This document shows positions 1 through 8,017 of a DNA stretch of 8,514 bases, piece by piece. A program made the position numbers and the translations under genes. The first letter of the stretch is position 1, and the number at the start of each line of letters is the position of its first letter. Origin of the DNA: a virus (taxonomy: Duplodnaviria > Heunggongvirae > Uroviricota > Caudoviricetes); the IMG/VR virus record IMGVR_UViG_2681813225_000025, one strand, 5' to 3'. The notes below the pieces were generated by a model. It worked only from the letters and a program-made list of their open reading frames with translations. It had not been told where the DNA came from and did no database searches.

Positions 1-342
1 ATGATGAAAAAAAGTATTCTGGCGTTTCTGTTACTCACCAGTTCTGCAGCGGCGCTGGCGGCACCGCAGGTGATTACCGTCAGTCGTTTTGAAGTGGGTA
101 AAGACAAATGGGCATTTAACCGCGAAGAGGTGATGCTGACTTGCCGACCGGGTAATGCTTTGTATGTTATTAATCCGAGTACCCTCGTGCAGTATCCTTT
201 AAACGATATCGCACAAAAGGAAGTTGCCAGTGGGAAGACTAAAGCCCAACCCATTTCGGTGATTCAGATTGATGATCCTAACAATCCCGGCGAAAAAATG
301 AGTCTGGCACCGTTTATAGAACGAGCTGAAAAACTCTGTTAA
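1..342 (+). CDS. yebY: Small secreted protein (DUF2511/YebY-like), host chromosomal flank
   Basis: Complete 113-aa ORF with a typical N-terminal signal peptide ([20 protein letters not shown]|AP), TAA stop at 340..342, followed by a strong intrinsic terminator. Symbol assigned from memory of E. coli YebY (same length and signal peptide); not verified by search. Confidence 0.7.
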   Translation: MMKKSILAFLLLTSSAAALAAPQVITVSRFEVGKDKWAFNREEVMLTCRPGNALYVINPSTLVQYPLNDIAQKEVASGKTKAQPISVIQIDDPNNPGEKMSLAPFIERAEKLC

Positions 343-371
343 TTACCTAAAATAGCCTTTTGATTTCCAAT

Positions 372-413
372 AAAAAAACCGCCTCAGTTCTTTCACCAGA
401 ACGGGCGGTTTTT
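372..413 (+). terminator. Rho-independent terminator downstream of the yebY-like gene (bidirectional shape: A-run, GC stem, T-run)
   Basis: AACCGCC (377..383) pairs with GGCGGTT (404..410), with inner GTTCT/AGAAC pairing (387..391 / 398..402), followed by a T-run. Lies about 30 nt after the stop codon. Confidence 0.75.
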
Positions 414-615
414 AACATTTAAGCTGATGACCACCGCGCTTTTTATTGACCATTTTGCACGCAAACTGGAAAACCTGGCGTCGTCATCTATTCTTAAAGG
501 GCAAGGCAACTAAGCCTGCATTAATGCCAACTTTTAGCGCACGGCTCTCTCCCAAGAGCCATTTCCCTGGACCGAATACAGGAATCGTACTCGGTCTTTT
601 TTTAATTGTATTTAA

Positions 616-628
616 AATCAATCAGTTG
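616..628 (+). promoter_or_regulatory. IHF-consensus site (WATCAANNNNTTR) in the att-proximal arm
   Basis: AATCAATCAGTTG matches the IHF consensus exactly, sits in an AT-rich stretch and is immediately next to tandem direct repeats, analogous to H' beside the P' arm sites in lambda attL. Confidence 0.4.
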
Positions 629-637
629 CAAGCGTCT

Positions 638-657
638 CCCCGAAATTCCCCGAAATT
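638..657 (+). repeat. Tandem direct repeat CCCCGAAATT x2 (plus a degenerate third copy CTCGAATTT at 661..669); candidate integrase arm-type binding sites
   Basis: Perfect 10-bp tandem duplication seen directly, about 80 bp from the int stop codon. Arm-site function is inference by analogy with the 10-bp-phased P' sites of lambda. Confidence 0.4.
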
Positions 658-734
658 TACTCGAATTTCTGTATTCCGGTCTTTTTTGGTTATATCACAA
701 CCAAAATACATTTAACAATCCATTTACGTTAAAA

Positions 735-1811
735 TCAGAGCAGTAAGTACGTTTTTTCTCTCTCATCAAGATACATTTTTGTTGTCTTCTCCGATGTGTG
801 GCCAAGTAGACGCTGAGCAAATTCTTCTCCACATGTTTCTTTGTACAATCGTCCAGCCAGGCTTCTGATCTCGTGAAAAGTTGGTGGGTTTTCACTGAAC
901 TGGATACCTGTTAATTTTCTGGCTGCGACAAATTTTTTTGTCAGGCCATCCGGGTGAATGCTGCCGTCAGGGCTGTTTTTTCTAATCCCGGCACTGATTA
1001 GATAATCTCCCCGGCTTACCAGGCGGCACTGTTCAACTACTGTACCAAGCCGTAGACCAGCGACAGGAAGGCTGAGTGACAGGGGGATAGCAATCATCAT
1101 TCCTGTCTTAATTTGCCTGATGTGGAGACGATCATCATAAATATCACTAAACCGCATATTCGTTATGTCTTCGCGACGTTGTCCTGTTACAAGGGCTAAA
1201 TCCATAGCTAATGGGAACCATGCCGGAAGTTGATCTGCTGCCTCCCTGATGCAGTTGTATGTCTTTAGTTTCAGTCGTTCTCTTGTAACTACTATTTTCG
1301 GTGCTCTTGTTGGCGTTACTGGATTTTGAGATATACGTCCTTCAACAATGGCCTCACGAAACATATCAGACAACACAGAACGCATTGATCCTGCCATTGT
1401 GTTTTTCCCTCCTTCAATCCACAAATCAAGAAACTCGGCAATATGGCGAGTGGTTATTTCTGTCAGTAAAATCTCTCCCAATTTTTCTTTTATTGTCTCC
1501 AGTTGATTTACCCGAATTTTATAAGTATTTCTGGACACTTTTCTCCTTATAAGAATCGTTTTGTAACGTTCAATCCAGTCTGCCATAGTAAATGAGTCGA
1601 ACCCTTTAAGTTTTTCAATTAAGGCAGCAGTAGAGTAGTTTTTGTATATATAGTGATTTGCTTCAATTGCCTGCGCGATTGCATCTCTTCTTGAAATTTT
1701 ACCTAGTGTAAATTCTTCTTTCGTCAGAGGGTTGCGCCAGTAATATGCTTTGTCCCTCCTTCGATATGTTAAGTTTTTAGGCAAATTGGGATCGTATTTT
1801 TTCCGCTGCAT
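735..1811 (-). CDS. int: Lambda-family tyrosine integrase (site-specific recombinase)
   Basis: 358-aa ORF, collinear in length and motifs with lambda Int (about 356 aa): N-terminal arm-binding region ([24 protein letters not shown] vs lambda PPNLYIRNNGYYCYRDPRTGKEF), [16 protein letters not shown] vs [30 protein letters not shown] vs PTFHELRSLSARLY, HLLGH box and a C-terminal Tyr (TKMYLDE). Overlaps the 3' end of xis as in lambda. Confidence 0.95.
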   Translation of the reverse strand: MQRKKYDPNLPKNLTYRRRDKAYYWRNPLTKEEFTLGKISRRDAIAQAIEANHYIYKNYSTAALIEKLKGFDSFTMADWIERYKTILIRRKVSRNTYKIRVNQLETIKEKLGEILLTEITTRHIAEFLDLWIEGGKNTMAGSMRSVLSDMFREAIVEGRISQNPVTPTRAPKIVVTRERLKLKTYNCIREAADQLPAWFPLAMDLALVTGQRREDITNMRFSDIYDDRLHIRQIKTGMMIAIPLSLSLPVAGLRLGTVVEQCRLVSRGDYLISAGIRKNSPDGSIHPDGLTKKFVAARKLTGIQFSENPPTFHEIRSLAGRLYKETCGEEFAQRLLGHTSEKTTKMYLDEREKTYLLL

Positions 1812-2058
1812 GTTTTAACTTCTCCAGTAACGGACTGTCTCTCCCTTGTCGCCCATTAGGCTGATGGTGTGTTATATCGGTATCAACCTTATTGGGGTTG
1901 ATATAGAAAGCTTCCGGAACCACCCTGTAACTCCTCCCGTGTAGTTCAGGTGCAGGATAAATGTTTCCATTCCTTGCCCATCGTCTCAGCGTTGATATTG
2001 ATGGTGGGTTATCCGGATATCTGAGTTTTCCCCACGTTTTGAGTGTCACAAGATTCAT
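1777..2058 (-). CDS. xis: Excisionase (Xis, lambda-like)
   Basis: Small basic protein directly upstream of and overlapping int, with a lambda Xis-like N-terminus (MNLVTLKTW...RRWARNGNIYPAPELHGRSY vs lambda MYLTLQEW...RRWVRECRIFPPPVKDGREY). Start placed at the ATG at 2058 (AAGAGG about 7 nt upstream) rather than the ORF-track ATG at 2064, which lies only 1 nt from the SD. Confidence 0.8.
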   Translation of the reverse strand: MNLVTLKTWGKLRYPDNPPSISTLRRWARNGNIYPAPELHGRSYRVVPEAFYINPNKVDTDITHHQPNGRQGRDSPLLEKLKHAAEKIRSQFA

Positions 2059-2164
2059 TGCCATACCTCTTACGATATGACCGCCAGTAAATATACAGAA
2101 TACTGGCGGGTGTGGTTGATTTTTAATAATCAGCTATGAAGTTCTAATTTGTATATAATGCAAC

Positions 2165-2353
2165 TCACGAGGACAGAAGTTTCTCGCAATTAAAATTTAT
2201 CAGCTTTACTTTCTGCTCTCTGGACACGCCTGCTTCTTTTTTCCCTGAGAGCATTTTTTCGCATTCTGATTTCGTTAATTTAGATTTTGAATATCTTGTC
2301 CAGTTAGTAGGAGTGCCACCTTCTTTTTCAATAGTGGCAGTTATTTTATACAT
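2165..2353 (-). CDS. Hypothetical small Lys-rich protein (62 aa), in the position of ydaC in Rac
   Basis: ORF MYKITATIEKEGG...CEKLLSS with a strong SD (GGAGG, 5-nt spacer) before the ATG at 2353. The longer track ORF (start 2425) would begin inside ralR without an RBS. Start overlaps the ralR stop (ATGTATAA). Confidence 0.6.
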   Translation of the reverse strand: MYKITATIEKEGGTPTNWTRYSKSKLTKSECEKMLSGKKEAGVSREQKVKLINFNCEKLLSS

Positions 2354-2540
2354 GAACACCTCCATTATTATTTCCAGTAGTTCGTTTATTCCATCTTTCG
2401 AGTGCTTCTTTTTCACTTCCACCATAGCCAGTTCGGGATTCGCATCCGTTGCATTTTGCCCGGTAATATCCTGAAATTGCTTTCACCGTAACAGATGGAC
2501 AACCACAAAACGGACATGGTTTAACATCGTCATATCTCAT
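2346..2540 (-). CDS. ralR: Lar/RalR-family restriction-alleviation protein (Cys4 zinc-binding; type I toxin-like small DNase family)
   Basis: 64-aa product MRYDDVKPCPFCGCPSVTVKAISGYYRAKCNGCESRTGYGGSEKEALERWNKRTTGNNNGGVHV with the CPFCG...CNGC motif of the Lar family; position between recT and int matches Rac. Start uncertain: in-frame ATGs also at 2552 and 2579, none with a clear SD. Confidence 0.75.
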   Translation of the reverse strand: MRYDDVKPCPFCGCPSVTVKAISGYYRAKCNGCESRTGYGGSEKEALERWNKRTTGNNNGGVHV

Positions 2541-2596
2541 AATTTTTGTCATAAAAACTGTCTCGCGTTGGCGGTGCATTACACCGCCAGGCTGAA

Positions 2597-3406
2597 TTAT
2601 TCTTCTGAATTATCGATCACACTGTATTCCCCGGTTAATACAGAGGAGTCTGCCGGATCGATTGTCAGTGGTTCCTTTTCATCCATTGATACTGCACGCT
2701 GGATTTCAATTGAGACAGGCAGGTATTTAAACAGGCGACGAATAGCCGTTTTTTTTGCCATTTCTTCCCAGTGAGTTACCCATGGCCCGTTATTACCAGC
2801 CTTACTCTGGCTGCGCACCAGCTCAATCTGTTTGCGCGTCATAACTTCAAACTGAGTACCTCCGTCTTTCAGTCTTGCGACAGCATAGACGTGGGTAACC
2901 GGGGCATCTTCGTTTTCTCCTGGGCGGTGTATTAACTTTTCATCAAGGCCAAATTCGAAATTAAATTCGTCACCTTCACGGACAACACGGGCTGACAGGC
3001 TGGCGATTTGACCTGAACGGCGAGCCAGATCAATCATGCCGCGATAGCCAATGATTAGCTGAACGTTTTTTTTACCGCTCTTTTCGTTTTTATTACCAAA
3101 AGGCAGTAAATATGCATGACCGAGGGCGCTACCTGGCTCAAGTCCGAGCTGTGAACACTGTACGATGGCACCGATAAAACTCGTCGAGTCACAGTTTCTT
3201 AGTTCCGGTACTTTACGGATTTCTGTTGTAGCAATGCGGATCATGCGTTCCGCTGTCATGTGACGTGGCAGAGCTGCTGCCAGTTGCGCTTTCATTGCCG
3301 GGCTGTTAATCACGCACAGCACATCCTTATCGTTAACTGCTGCTGGTGCACGGTTTCCCTGAGTTTTTTGCAGATCGGCTTTTGCGATAGGTGGTTGCTT
3401 AATCAT
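2597..3406 (-). CDS. recT: RecT single-strand annealing recombinase
   Basis: 269-aa product beginning [21 protein letters not shown], recognised as RecT. AGGAG lies 6 nt upstream of the ATG at 3406, and that ATG overlaps the recE stop (ATGATTAA). The 288-aa track ORF is an in-frame upstream extension lacking an RBS. Confidence 0.95.
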   Translation of the reverse strand: MIKQPPIAKADLQKTQGNRAPAAVNDKDVLCVINSPAMKAQLAAALPRHMTAERMIRIATTEIRKVPELRNCDSTSFIGAIVQCSQLGLEPGSALGHAYLLPFGNKNEKSGKKNVQLIIGYRGMIDLARRSGQIASLSARVVREGDEFNFEFGLDEKLIHRPGENEDAPVTHVYAVARLKDGGTQFEVMTRKQIELVRSQSKAGNNGPWVTHWEEMAKKTAIRRLFKYLPVSIEIQRAVSMDEKEPLTIDPADSSVLTGEYSVIDNSEE

Positions 3407-6059
3407 TTGCATACTCCTTAGCCCAGCGGGGCAGTGATAACGTCTTAATAGCTGGCCATTCATCGGTATTTAGGCAGTCAGCCAGGGTCCGCAGATTGCG
3501 GTGATATTCCTGCTGGCCTGCCAGTTTTGCTTCTTCGCCCATCATGAAAATCTCAACCGGATAACGTCCGCATTCAACAGTTGTGCTGGCAACCAGAAAA
3601 ACGAAAGTTGGCTGCACGCCAAACTGTGCTTCATAACCGTCACTGTAGAATGCATCCTGAACGTGATAGCGGTAGTCGTAATAAGCCGTTTTGAATCGTT
3701 GAATATCCGCTGTGGTTTTCACGTCCATGATCCAGTGAAATTCAGGAATAATTTTGTCCGGACGGCACCGACACAAAATTCCTGTTTCCGGATCTTCCCA
3801 GTAAATTGATGATTCAGCGTGTCCGGCGCTTTCAACAAGCCATTGCCCCAGCGGCAAAGCCATAACGCTTTGATACATGAGTTCAATTTTCCGGCCTTCT
3901 TCCGCAGTGATAACCGTTTTTCCTGTGCTTGCGCATTCCATCAGAAACGCTTTCTCTTCTTCTTTTCCGGCGTTTGTACGGCGGTTAAATTCAGGTGCTA
4001 CGATAAAGCGGTTACTGAATTCTTCCGGTTCAAGTACCCGGCAGTGGAAAGCGGTTCCTAAATCGAGCGTTTTTGTCTTTGTAGTGTCCACGGGAGCATT
4101 TTTACGCCACAAATACAGTGCCGGAGTATCAGCAATGTCATCGAGCTGAGACTTACTGACACCGGGACCTGCGTGGTAATTCTCATTCGAAATTCCGTAA
4201 TAAATACCTGGCTCTATGTCTTCTACGATTACGGGATCTGCGACTTCGCCAGTTTCATCACTGCAATCGCGATGCGGATCGCTGCCAGCATTCTCATTGT
4301 GCGGATGTTCAGCGCCTTCCATTTCCTCCAGACCTTTTTCCTGATATTCATTCTGATTTTCTTCATTAAAGGTTTTCTGATACGTTGCGTCGCCCATTAC
4401 CGCGCCACAGTCAGGACAGTTGCCGCCGCCAGCCTTACCGCAGGCGGTGCAAACTTTCTCCGTTTCCTGTTGTTGCACTACTGGCTCAGGCTGTTTCGTT
4501 TCTGGCTCGTTTTGTTGCGTATTTGGGTCGTTCTGTTCCGTTTCTGGCTGATTCTGGTATATAGAGTCGCGGGTCTGGATCCCCTTAACCCATTTCGGAT
4601 CATTCGGGTCGCTAATCCCTTCAACAAATTCTCCGCGAGAGGCAGCCAGTAATTTGTCTGCATCGACAGGATTTTTGGGCGGAATGTTTTTCCGGGCTTC
4701 ATGGAGTTCTGCCCGCAGTTTCTGATATTTCGCATCAACAGAATTTACCTGTGACTGAGCATCCAGCGGCTGCGTGTCCTGATGATGTTCAGTTGCATCC
4801 GGTTCCACTGTTTCAGCCGTTGCCTGTTCATCTGCCATTGCGCAAGATGGTTGCAGTTTTTCTTCATCATCCTGTTTTTCTTCTTCTTCTGTTACACGCT
4901 GCGGCATCGGGGCAGAGGAACGACCGCAGGCAATATCCACGATTTCCGGATCAGGGTTGGCATGATCAGTTTCAGTCAGTACTTTGTTCAGATATTCAGT
5001 GACGTGTGCGGGGGTAACCTCGATCCCAATTGGTGCTTCTTTTACGGACGCAACCACGATGGCGCGGGAATAATCCAGCCCGCCAGGCATGGTGATGAAT
5101 TTGTCGCGGAAAACAGAAAAGGGCGGTTTATTTTCAGCGATAATTTCCTCGACACGTTTAGCGTGTGCCGGATGAAGGTTATAAATGTCCACGTCCATTG
5201 AACGAGCCAGTACGCCAGTGGCTACGTCGCGCGCCAGTGACGTCAGATCGTGAACGAAACCTTCGCCGCGATCGGTGAGGTTCCCGCCGCCAGCATTAGC
5301 GCCGGAAGCCGTGCGCGTGATGCGTGAAACACGATTTCCTTTCATCCACTCTTTTGTCAGCAGACCACGATCGGTGTAGTCTGCGTCCAGGTATGCTTCG
5401 AAAAAAGCAGTCATCAGCCCCAGGCTTGAATTGCCTGGATTAGGGAAAACTCTGTCAGTATCACGCACCAGTTTGTGGAGATCGCGAATTTCCAGCGGGT
5501 CGAGCAGGCTGGTTTTGTGGGAAACAGCCAGGGCAGTAACAGCTGGTAGCTCTTCAGCTCGTGCAATGTGTAATGCCTGGAGTTCGTCGCGTGAAACGTG
5601 CGTCACCGGTTTTTCGCTGCCGTGTTGAGCAAGCCAGCGAATGGGCAGCTCCTGACCGGAAATCGGGAGTAGCATATTCTCCTCAATCTCCGTCATGTCT
5701 TCGCCATTAACATTGGTATTGTCAGTGCTGGCTGGTTTGTCCTGCGCAGAGGATGAGGGCGCGATAAATACCATTGTGATGCCATCTTCCCCGCCTTTTT
5801 CGTAACGGTTGCAGAATTCCGTATCAAATACGCCTTCTGGCGGGAGGTCATCAACAACGGGCAAATTGACGCGAACAGGTTTTTTGAAGTCATCTTCATC
5901 GTAGCCAGCATCATCAATCGCAACAGCACCACGGGAGATGGCAATGGATAATTTTTTCGCTTCAGCCCAGTAAAAACCGCCTTTAATACCGAGACGTTTT
6001 CTGACTTTGTCATTTTTTGCTTCGTAATACAGTGGGTAAACTTGTTTATCGGTGCTCAT
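3399..6059 (-). CDS. recE: RecE exonuclease VIII (5'-3' dsDNA exonuclease, nuclease domain at the C-terminus)
   Basis: 886-aa ORF ending ...[14 protein letters not shown], with the C-terminal nuclease region recognised as RecE. Central Cys-rich segment ([16 protein letters not shown]) and a Q/E/P/T-rich low-complexity linker. GAGG-type SD upstream of the ATG at 6059. The N-terminal about 100 aa look divergent from my recollection of K-12 RecE. Confidence 0.9.
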   Translation of the reverse strand: MSTDKQVYPLYYEAKNDKVRKRLGIKGGFYWAEAKKLSIAISRGAVAIDDAGYDEDDFKKPVRVNLPVVDDLPPEGVFDTEFCNRYEKGGEDGITMVFIAPSSSAQDKPASTDNTNVNGEDMTEIEENMLLPISGQELPIRWLAQHGSEKPVTHVSRDELQALHIARAEELPAVTALAVSHKTSLLDPLEIRDLHKLVRDTDRVFPNPGNSSLGLMTAFFEAYLDADYTDRGLLTKEWMKGNRVSRITRTASGANAGGGNLTDRGEGFVHDLTSLARDVATGVLARSMDVDIYNLHPAHAKRVEEIIAENKPPFSVFRDKFITMPGGLDYSRAIVVASVKEAPIGIEVTPAHVTEYLNKVLTETDHANPDPEIVDIACGRSSAPMPQRVTEEEEKQDDEEKLQPSCAMADEQATAETVEPDATEHHQDTQPLDAQSQVNSVDAKYQKLRAELHEARKNIPPKNPVDADKLLAASRGEFVEGISDPNDPKWVKGIQTRDSIYQNQPETEQNDPNTQQNEPETKQPEPVVQQQETEKVCTACGKAGGGNCPDCGAVMGDATYQKTFNEENQNEYQEKGLEEMEGAEHPHNENAGSDPHRDCSDETGEVADPVIVEDIEPGIYYGISNENYHAGPGVSKSQLDDIADTPALYLWRKNAPVDTTKTKTLDLGTAFHCRVLEPEEFSNRFIVAPEFNRRTNAGKEEEKAFLMECASTGKTVITAEEGRKIELMYQSVMALPLGQWLVESAGHAESSIYWEDPETGILCRCRPDKIIPEFHWIMDVKTTADIQRFKTAYYDYRYHVQDAFYSDGYEAQFGVQPTFVFLVASTTVECGRYPVEIFMMGEEAKLAGQQEYHRNLRTLADCLNTDEWPAIKTLSLPRWAKEYAND

Positions 6060-6166
6060 TGTTTTTTAACCTCAACTCAGATTAAAATTCGTTTGTTCAG
6101 TGAATAATCTTGCCGGATACACACTGTTCATAGCCTGTGCCATACGCAGGCTATTTCTTTCAGATT

Positions 6167-6436
6167 TCACCTTTTAATTTCATTGCAATAAGAGTTGCCA
6201 GAAATTCGGCTTTTTTTTCTGCGGGCAGATTCTTTCCGATATGCACCAGGCACATTTTTTTTGACGCCTTCGTTAAGTGTTTTAACGTTGCCTGATGGAC
6301 CGTCGATATCAACCACAGTGAAAGGGGTTTCTTTATTTTCTGTTTTAATCACGTAGCCAATACGCTTTCCTTCCAGGCTGACTTCGTGAACAATGTCATC
6401 AGTAGTAACAACAGTGGCTTCATAACTGGTAATCAT
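6167..6436 (-). CDS. racC: RacC-like small prophage protein
   Basis: 89-aa product MITSYEATVVTTDDIVHEVSLEGKRIGYVIKTENKETPFTVVDIDG..., with AAGGAG 6 nt upstream of the ATG at 6436. The track ORF extends 16 codons further upstream without an RBS. Identity from memory of Rac gene order and size. Confidence 0.7.
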   Translation of the reverse strand: MITSYEATVVTTDDIVHEVSLEGKRIGYVIKTENKETPFTVVDIDGPSGNVKTLNEGVKKNVPGAYRKESARRKKSRISGNSYCNEIKR

Positions 6437-6510
6437 GTTTTTCTCCTTAATTAAGGTTGAGCGAATCCCTGCCATTGCTGGCATAAATTCAGTTTCGGAT
6501 AGTCAGTTAA

Positions 6511-6681
6511 TTAAAGTTCGTGTGCCATCTGGTCTTTTTCGGCACAGATTTCACTACAATATTTTTTCATTTCCGTCGTTGGTATAACTCCACGCATGAA
6601 ATGAAGTGGTCTTGTAATGATTTTGCTTTCTTCAATTTCTTTATTGCAAAGGTGATAAGCACATTTTATTTTCTTAGTCAT
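6511..6681 (-). CDS. ydaE: YdaE-like small Cys-rich (putative metal-binding) protein, 56 aa
   Basis: Not in the ORF track (below its size cutoff). Hand-translated: [59 protein letters not shown] stop at 6511..6513. Start ATG overlaps the kilR stop (TAATG); an in-frame ATG two codons upstream (6687) is an alternative start. Confidence 0.65.
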   Translation of the reverse strand: MTKKIKCAYHLCNKEIEESKIITRPLHFMRGVIPTTEMKKYCSEICAEKDQMAHEL

Positions 6682-6902
6682 TACCATGACTCCGCCTTTA
6701 CAGGTAAACCATCACGACCGAGGAAGACTCTAATCATGCAGTCAGAAATGCATGTTTTTGTAGTCAGGCTACGAATATAAAGTTTTCGCTTTTTAATATT
6801 GTTTGCCGAGGCGATATATGTCCGACCTTCATGAAGAACATAATCGCCAGGAGTCACACACTGACGTGGTATTTCATCAGTTCCGAAGTGATGAGCAATC
6901 AT
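6681..6902 (-). CDS. kilR: KilR-like cell-division inhibitor (FtsZ-targeting killing protein of Rac)
   Basis: 73-aa [43 protein letters not shown]... with AAGGAG 6 nt upstream of the ATG at 6902. Size and position match kilR of Rac. Confidence 0.75.
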   Translation of the reverse strand: MIAHHFGTDEIPRQCVTPGDYVLHEGRTYIASANNIKKRKLYIRSLTTKTCISDCMIRVFLGRDGLPVKAESW

Positions 6903-6948
6903 AATTATCTCCTTAATAAATTTCTCGTATTAAGAAAATTCCAGAAAA

Positions 6949-7503
6949 CTATTTAATACTCAGCAACTGCTCGACGGTCATATTTTTAATTGCGCTTCGG
7001 TTTACAAGAGTCCAGCCCTGTTTCTCCAGATAAAGGCGGAAAGTGTCCAGGGTACAGACGAGAGCGCCATCAGGAACGGTTTCAGTGAATTCGACGTTGC
7101 CGAATTTGTCGAAGCGAACAACCAGAGTGCGCCCATCGCCCGGAATGATTTTGTTTGTGGGAGTGGTATTATTCTGGCGCAGTTCTTTCTCCATGCGATC
7201 GAACTCAGCGATGTAGGCTTCTTTAAATGCAGCGGCTTTTTTGCCGGTGAAGCCCATCACCAGGAAAACGAAGCCGTTTTTGGTGATTTGGTACATTGGG
7301 AGTTTGCGACCGGTTGAGTCGGTATATTCGCTCGACACAAAATTGTGCTCAGTGAATTTTGCTGAACAGTCCAGATTGCGAATTTTATCCAACACTCGTT
7401 CGTGGCGTTTACCAAAGAACTCAGCGATCGCAATAGACGTAGTGACAGCGCGTCCATTTTCGATGGTTACGTCAGGGTGAGAAAGGGTATGGATAGTAGC
7501 CAT
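6949..7503 (-). CDS. Phage regulatory protein Rha family (N-terminal Rha domain, uncharacterised C-terminal domain)
   Basis: Residues from MATIHTLSHPDVTIENGRAVTTSIAIAEFFGKRHERVLDKIRNL...YTDSTGRKLPMYQITKNGFVFLVMGFTGKKAAAFKEAYIAEF match the conserved Rha-domain pattern (TTS..IAE.FGKRH..VL..IR ... PMY.MT..GF..LVMG.TG.KA..FK.AYI..F). Start set at the ATG at 7503 (GAGG 8 nt upstream) so the Rha domain is N-terminal as usual. The same frame stays open to an ATG at 7800 (283 aa, GGTGA-type SD), so a longer product cannot be excluded. Confidence 0.7.
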   Translation of the reverse strand: MATIHTLSHPDVTIENGRAVTTSIAIAEFFGKRHERVLDKIRNLDCSAKFTEHNFVSSEYTDSTGRKLPMYQITKNGFVFLVMGFTGKKAAAFKEAYIAEFDRMEKELRQNNTTPTNKIIPGDGRTLVVRFDKFGNVEFTETVPDGALVCTLDTFRLYLEKQGWTLVNRSAIKNMTVEQLLSIK

Positions 7504-7667
7504 GATGGCAGCCTCGATAGTCAGTTTAAATAACTCACCACCAAGGCTTTCCACGACCATAAGGGTGGTGAGACGTACAGGGGTGGAAATACCGGTGACT
7601 ACCGAAACCGGCCAGCCTTTCGGCTGCCCTGCACGCCCCACCATAATCTGAATGTGGCTGTGCATTA

Positions 7668-7700
7668 CGCATAAAAAAACCGCATGAGCGCGGTTATGCG
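7668..7700 (-). terminator. Candidate intrinsic terminator on the minus strand (stem AACCGC/GCGGUU, loop GCUCAU, then a U-run)
   Basis: Plus strand reads cgcataaaaaaaccgcatgagcgcggttatgcg; on the minus-strand RNA the hairpin is followed by 5 or more U. Lies between the upstream small genes and the Rha start, inside the alternative 5' extension of the Rha ORF. Confidence 0.4.
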
Positions 7701-7863
7701 CAGTAGTCATCATCGGGTTTCCACGCCCGGCACCCGCTTTATGAGGTGCAGGTGCACTATAATTCCACCCGTTCTGGTTTTCAATAGCTACATCCAACAT
7801 TTTCTCTCACCTTTCATCACTGAAGTGAACTTTGTTGATGCGGTGCCTGGTGCCTCCAGGTGA

Positions 7864-7885
7864 CGTTAACCAGTTAACAATTAAC
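7864..7885. repeat. Short tandem array with 8-bp period: GTTAACCA, GTTAACAA, TTAACGCC (GTTAAC is itself palindromic), next to a GTGCCTG/GTGCCTC tandem at 7842..7856
   Basis: Read directly from the sequence in an otherwise non-coding stretch; operator- or iteron-like appearance. A GATAAT -10-like hexamer follows at 7890..7895 on the plus strand. Confidence 0.4.
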
Positions 7886-7970
7886 GCCGGATAATCCACC
7901 CATAACACTGATGCTTTTAACTGTGCCGCGTGCGCTCAGCCGCATTCACCGCAAGCATCACAAAATTCAC

Positions 7971-8017
7971 TTTAAAAAGGGGCGGCAGGGCAGCCACGGA
8001 GTAGAACTGATGCCGCC
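7971..8017 (-). terminator. Candidate intrinsic terminator or structured RNA element on the minus strand (7-bp GC-rich stem GGCGGCA/UGCCGCC, then CCUUUUU)
   Basis: Plus strand 7981..7987 ggcggca pairs with 8011..8017 tgccgcc; an A5 run on the plus strand at 7974..7978 gives a U5 tail on the minus-strand RNA. The loop is large (23 nt), so the call is tentative. Confidence 0.3.

Noticed and set aside
446-715. 89-aa plus-strand ORF in the att-proximal region
   Set aside because: No RBS, low-complexity or odd composition, and it lies across the IHF and arm-repeat region of the attachment arm; most likely non-coding.
1301-1552. 83-aa plus-strand ORF inside int
   Set aside because: Antisense shadow of the integrase gene; no independent support.
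2354-2425. Upstream extensions in the ORF track for the 62-aa gene (to 2425), recT (to 3463), racC (to 6484) and xis (to 2064)
   Set aside because: In each case an internal ATG has a much better SD at proper spacing and gives the expected family length; the extensions begin inside the upstream gene or lack an RBS.
2568-2774. 68-aa plus-strand ORF overlapping the recT 3' end
   Set aside because: Antisense to recT, no RBS, not a recognisable protein.
3501-5201. Series of plus-strand ORFs (102, 80, 90, 159, 83 and 139 aa) and a minus-strand 86-aa ORF (4478..4738) inside recE
   Set aside because: All lie within or antisense to the 886-aa recE reading frame, whose product is recognisable along its whole length; hydrophobic or low-complexity translations typical of shadow ORFs.
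5431-6013. 65-aa plus-strand and 106-aa minus-strand ORFs within the recE 5' region
   Set aside because: Out-of-frame or antisense overlaps of recE; no RBS or recognisable domains.
6520-6780. 86-aa plus-strand ORF
   Set aside because: Antisense to the ydaE-like and kilR genes, which have good RBSs and coupled stop-start architecture.
7241-7480. 79-aa plus-strand and 66-aa minus-strand ORFs inside the Rha gene
   Set aside because: Overlap the conserved Rha-domain coding frame; shadow ORFs.
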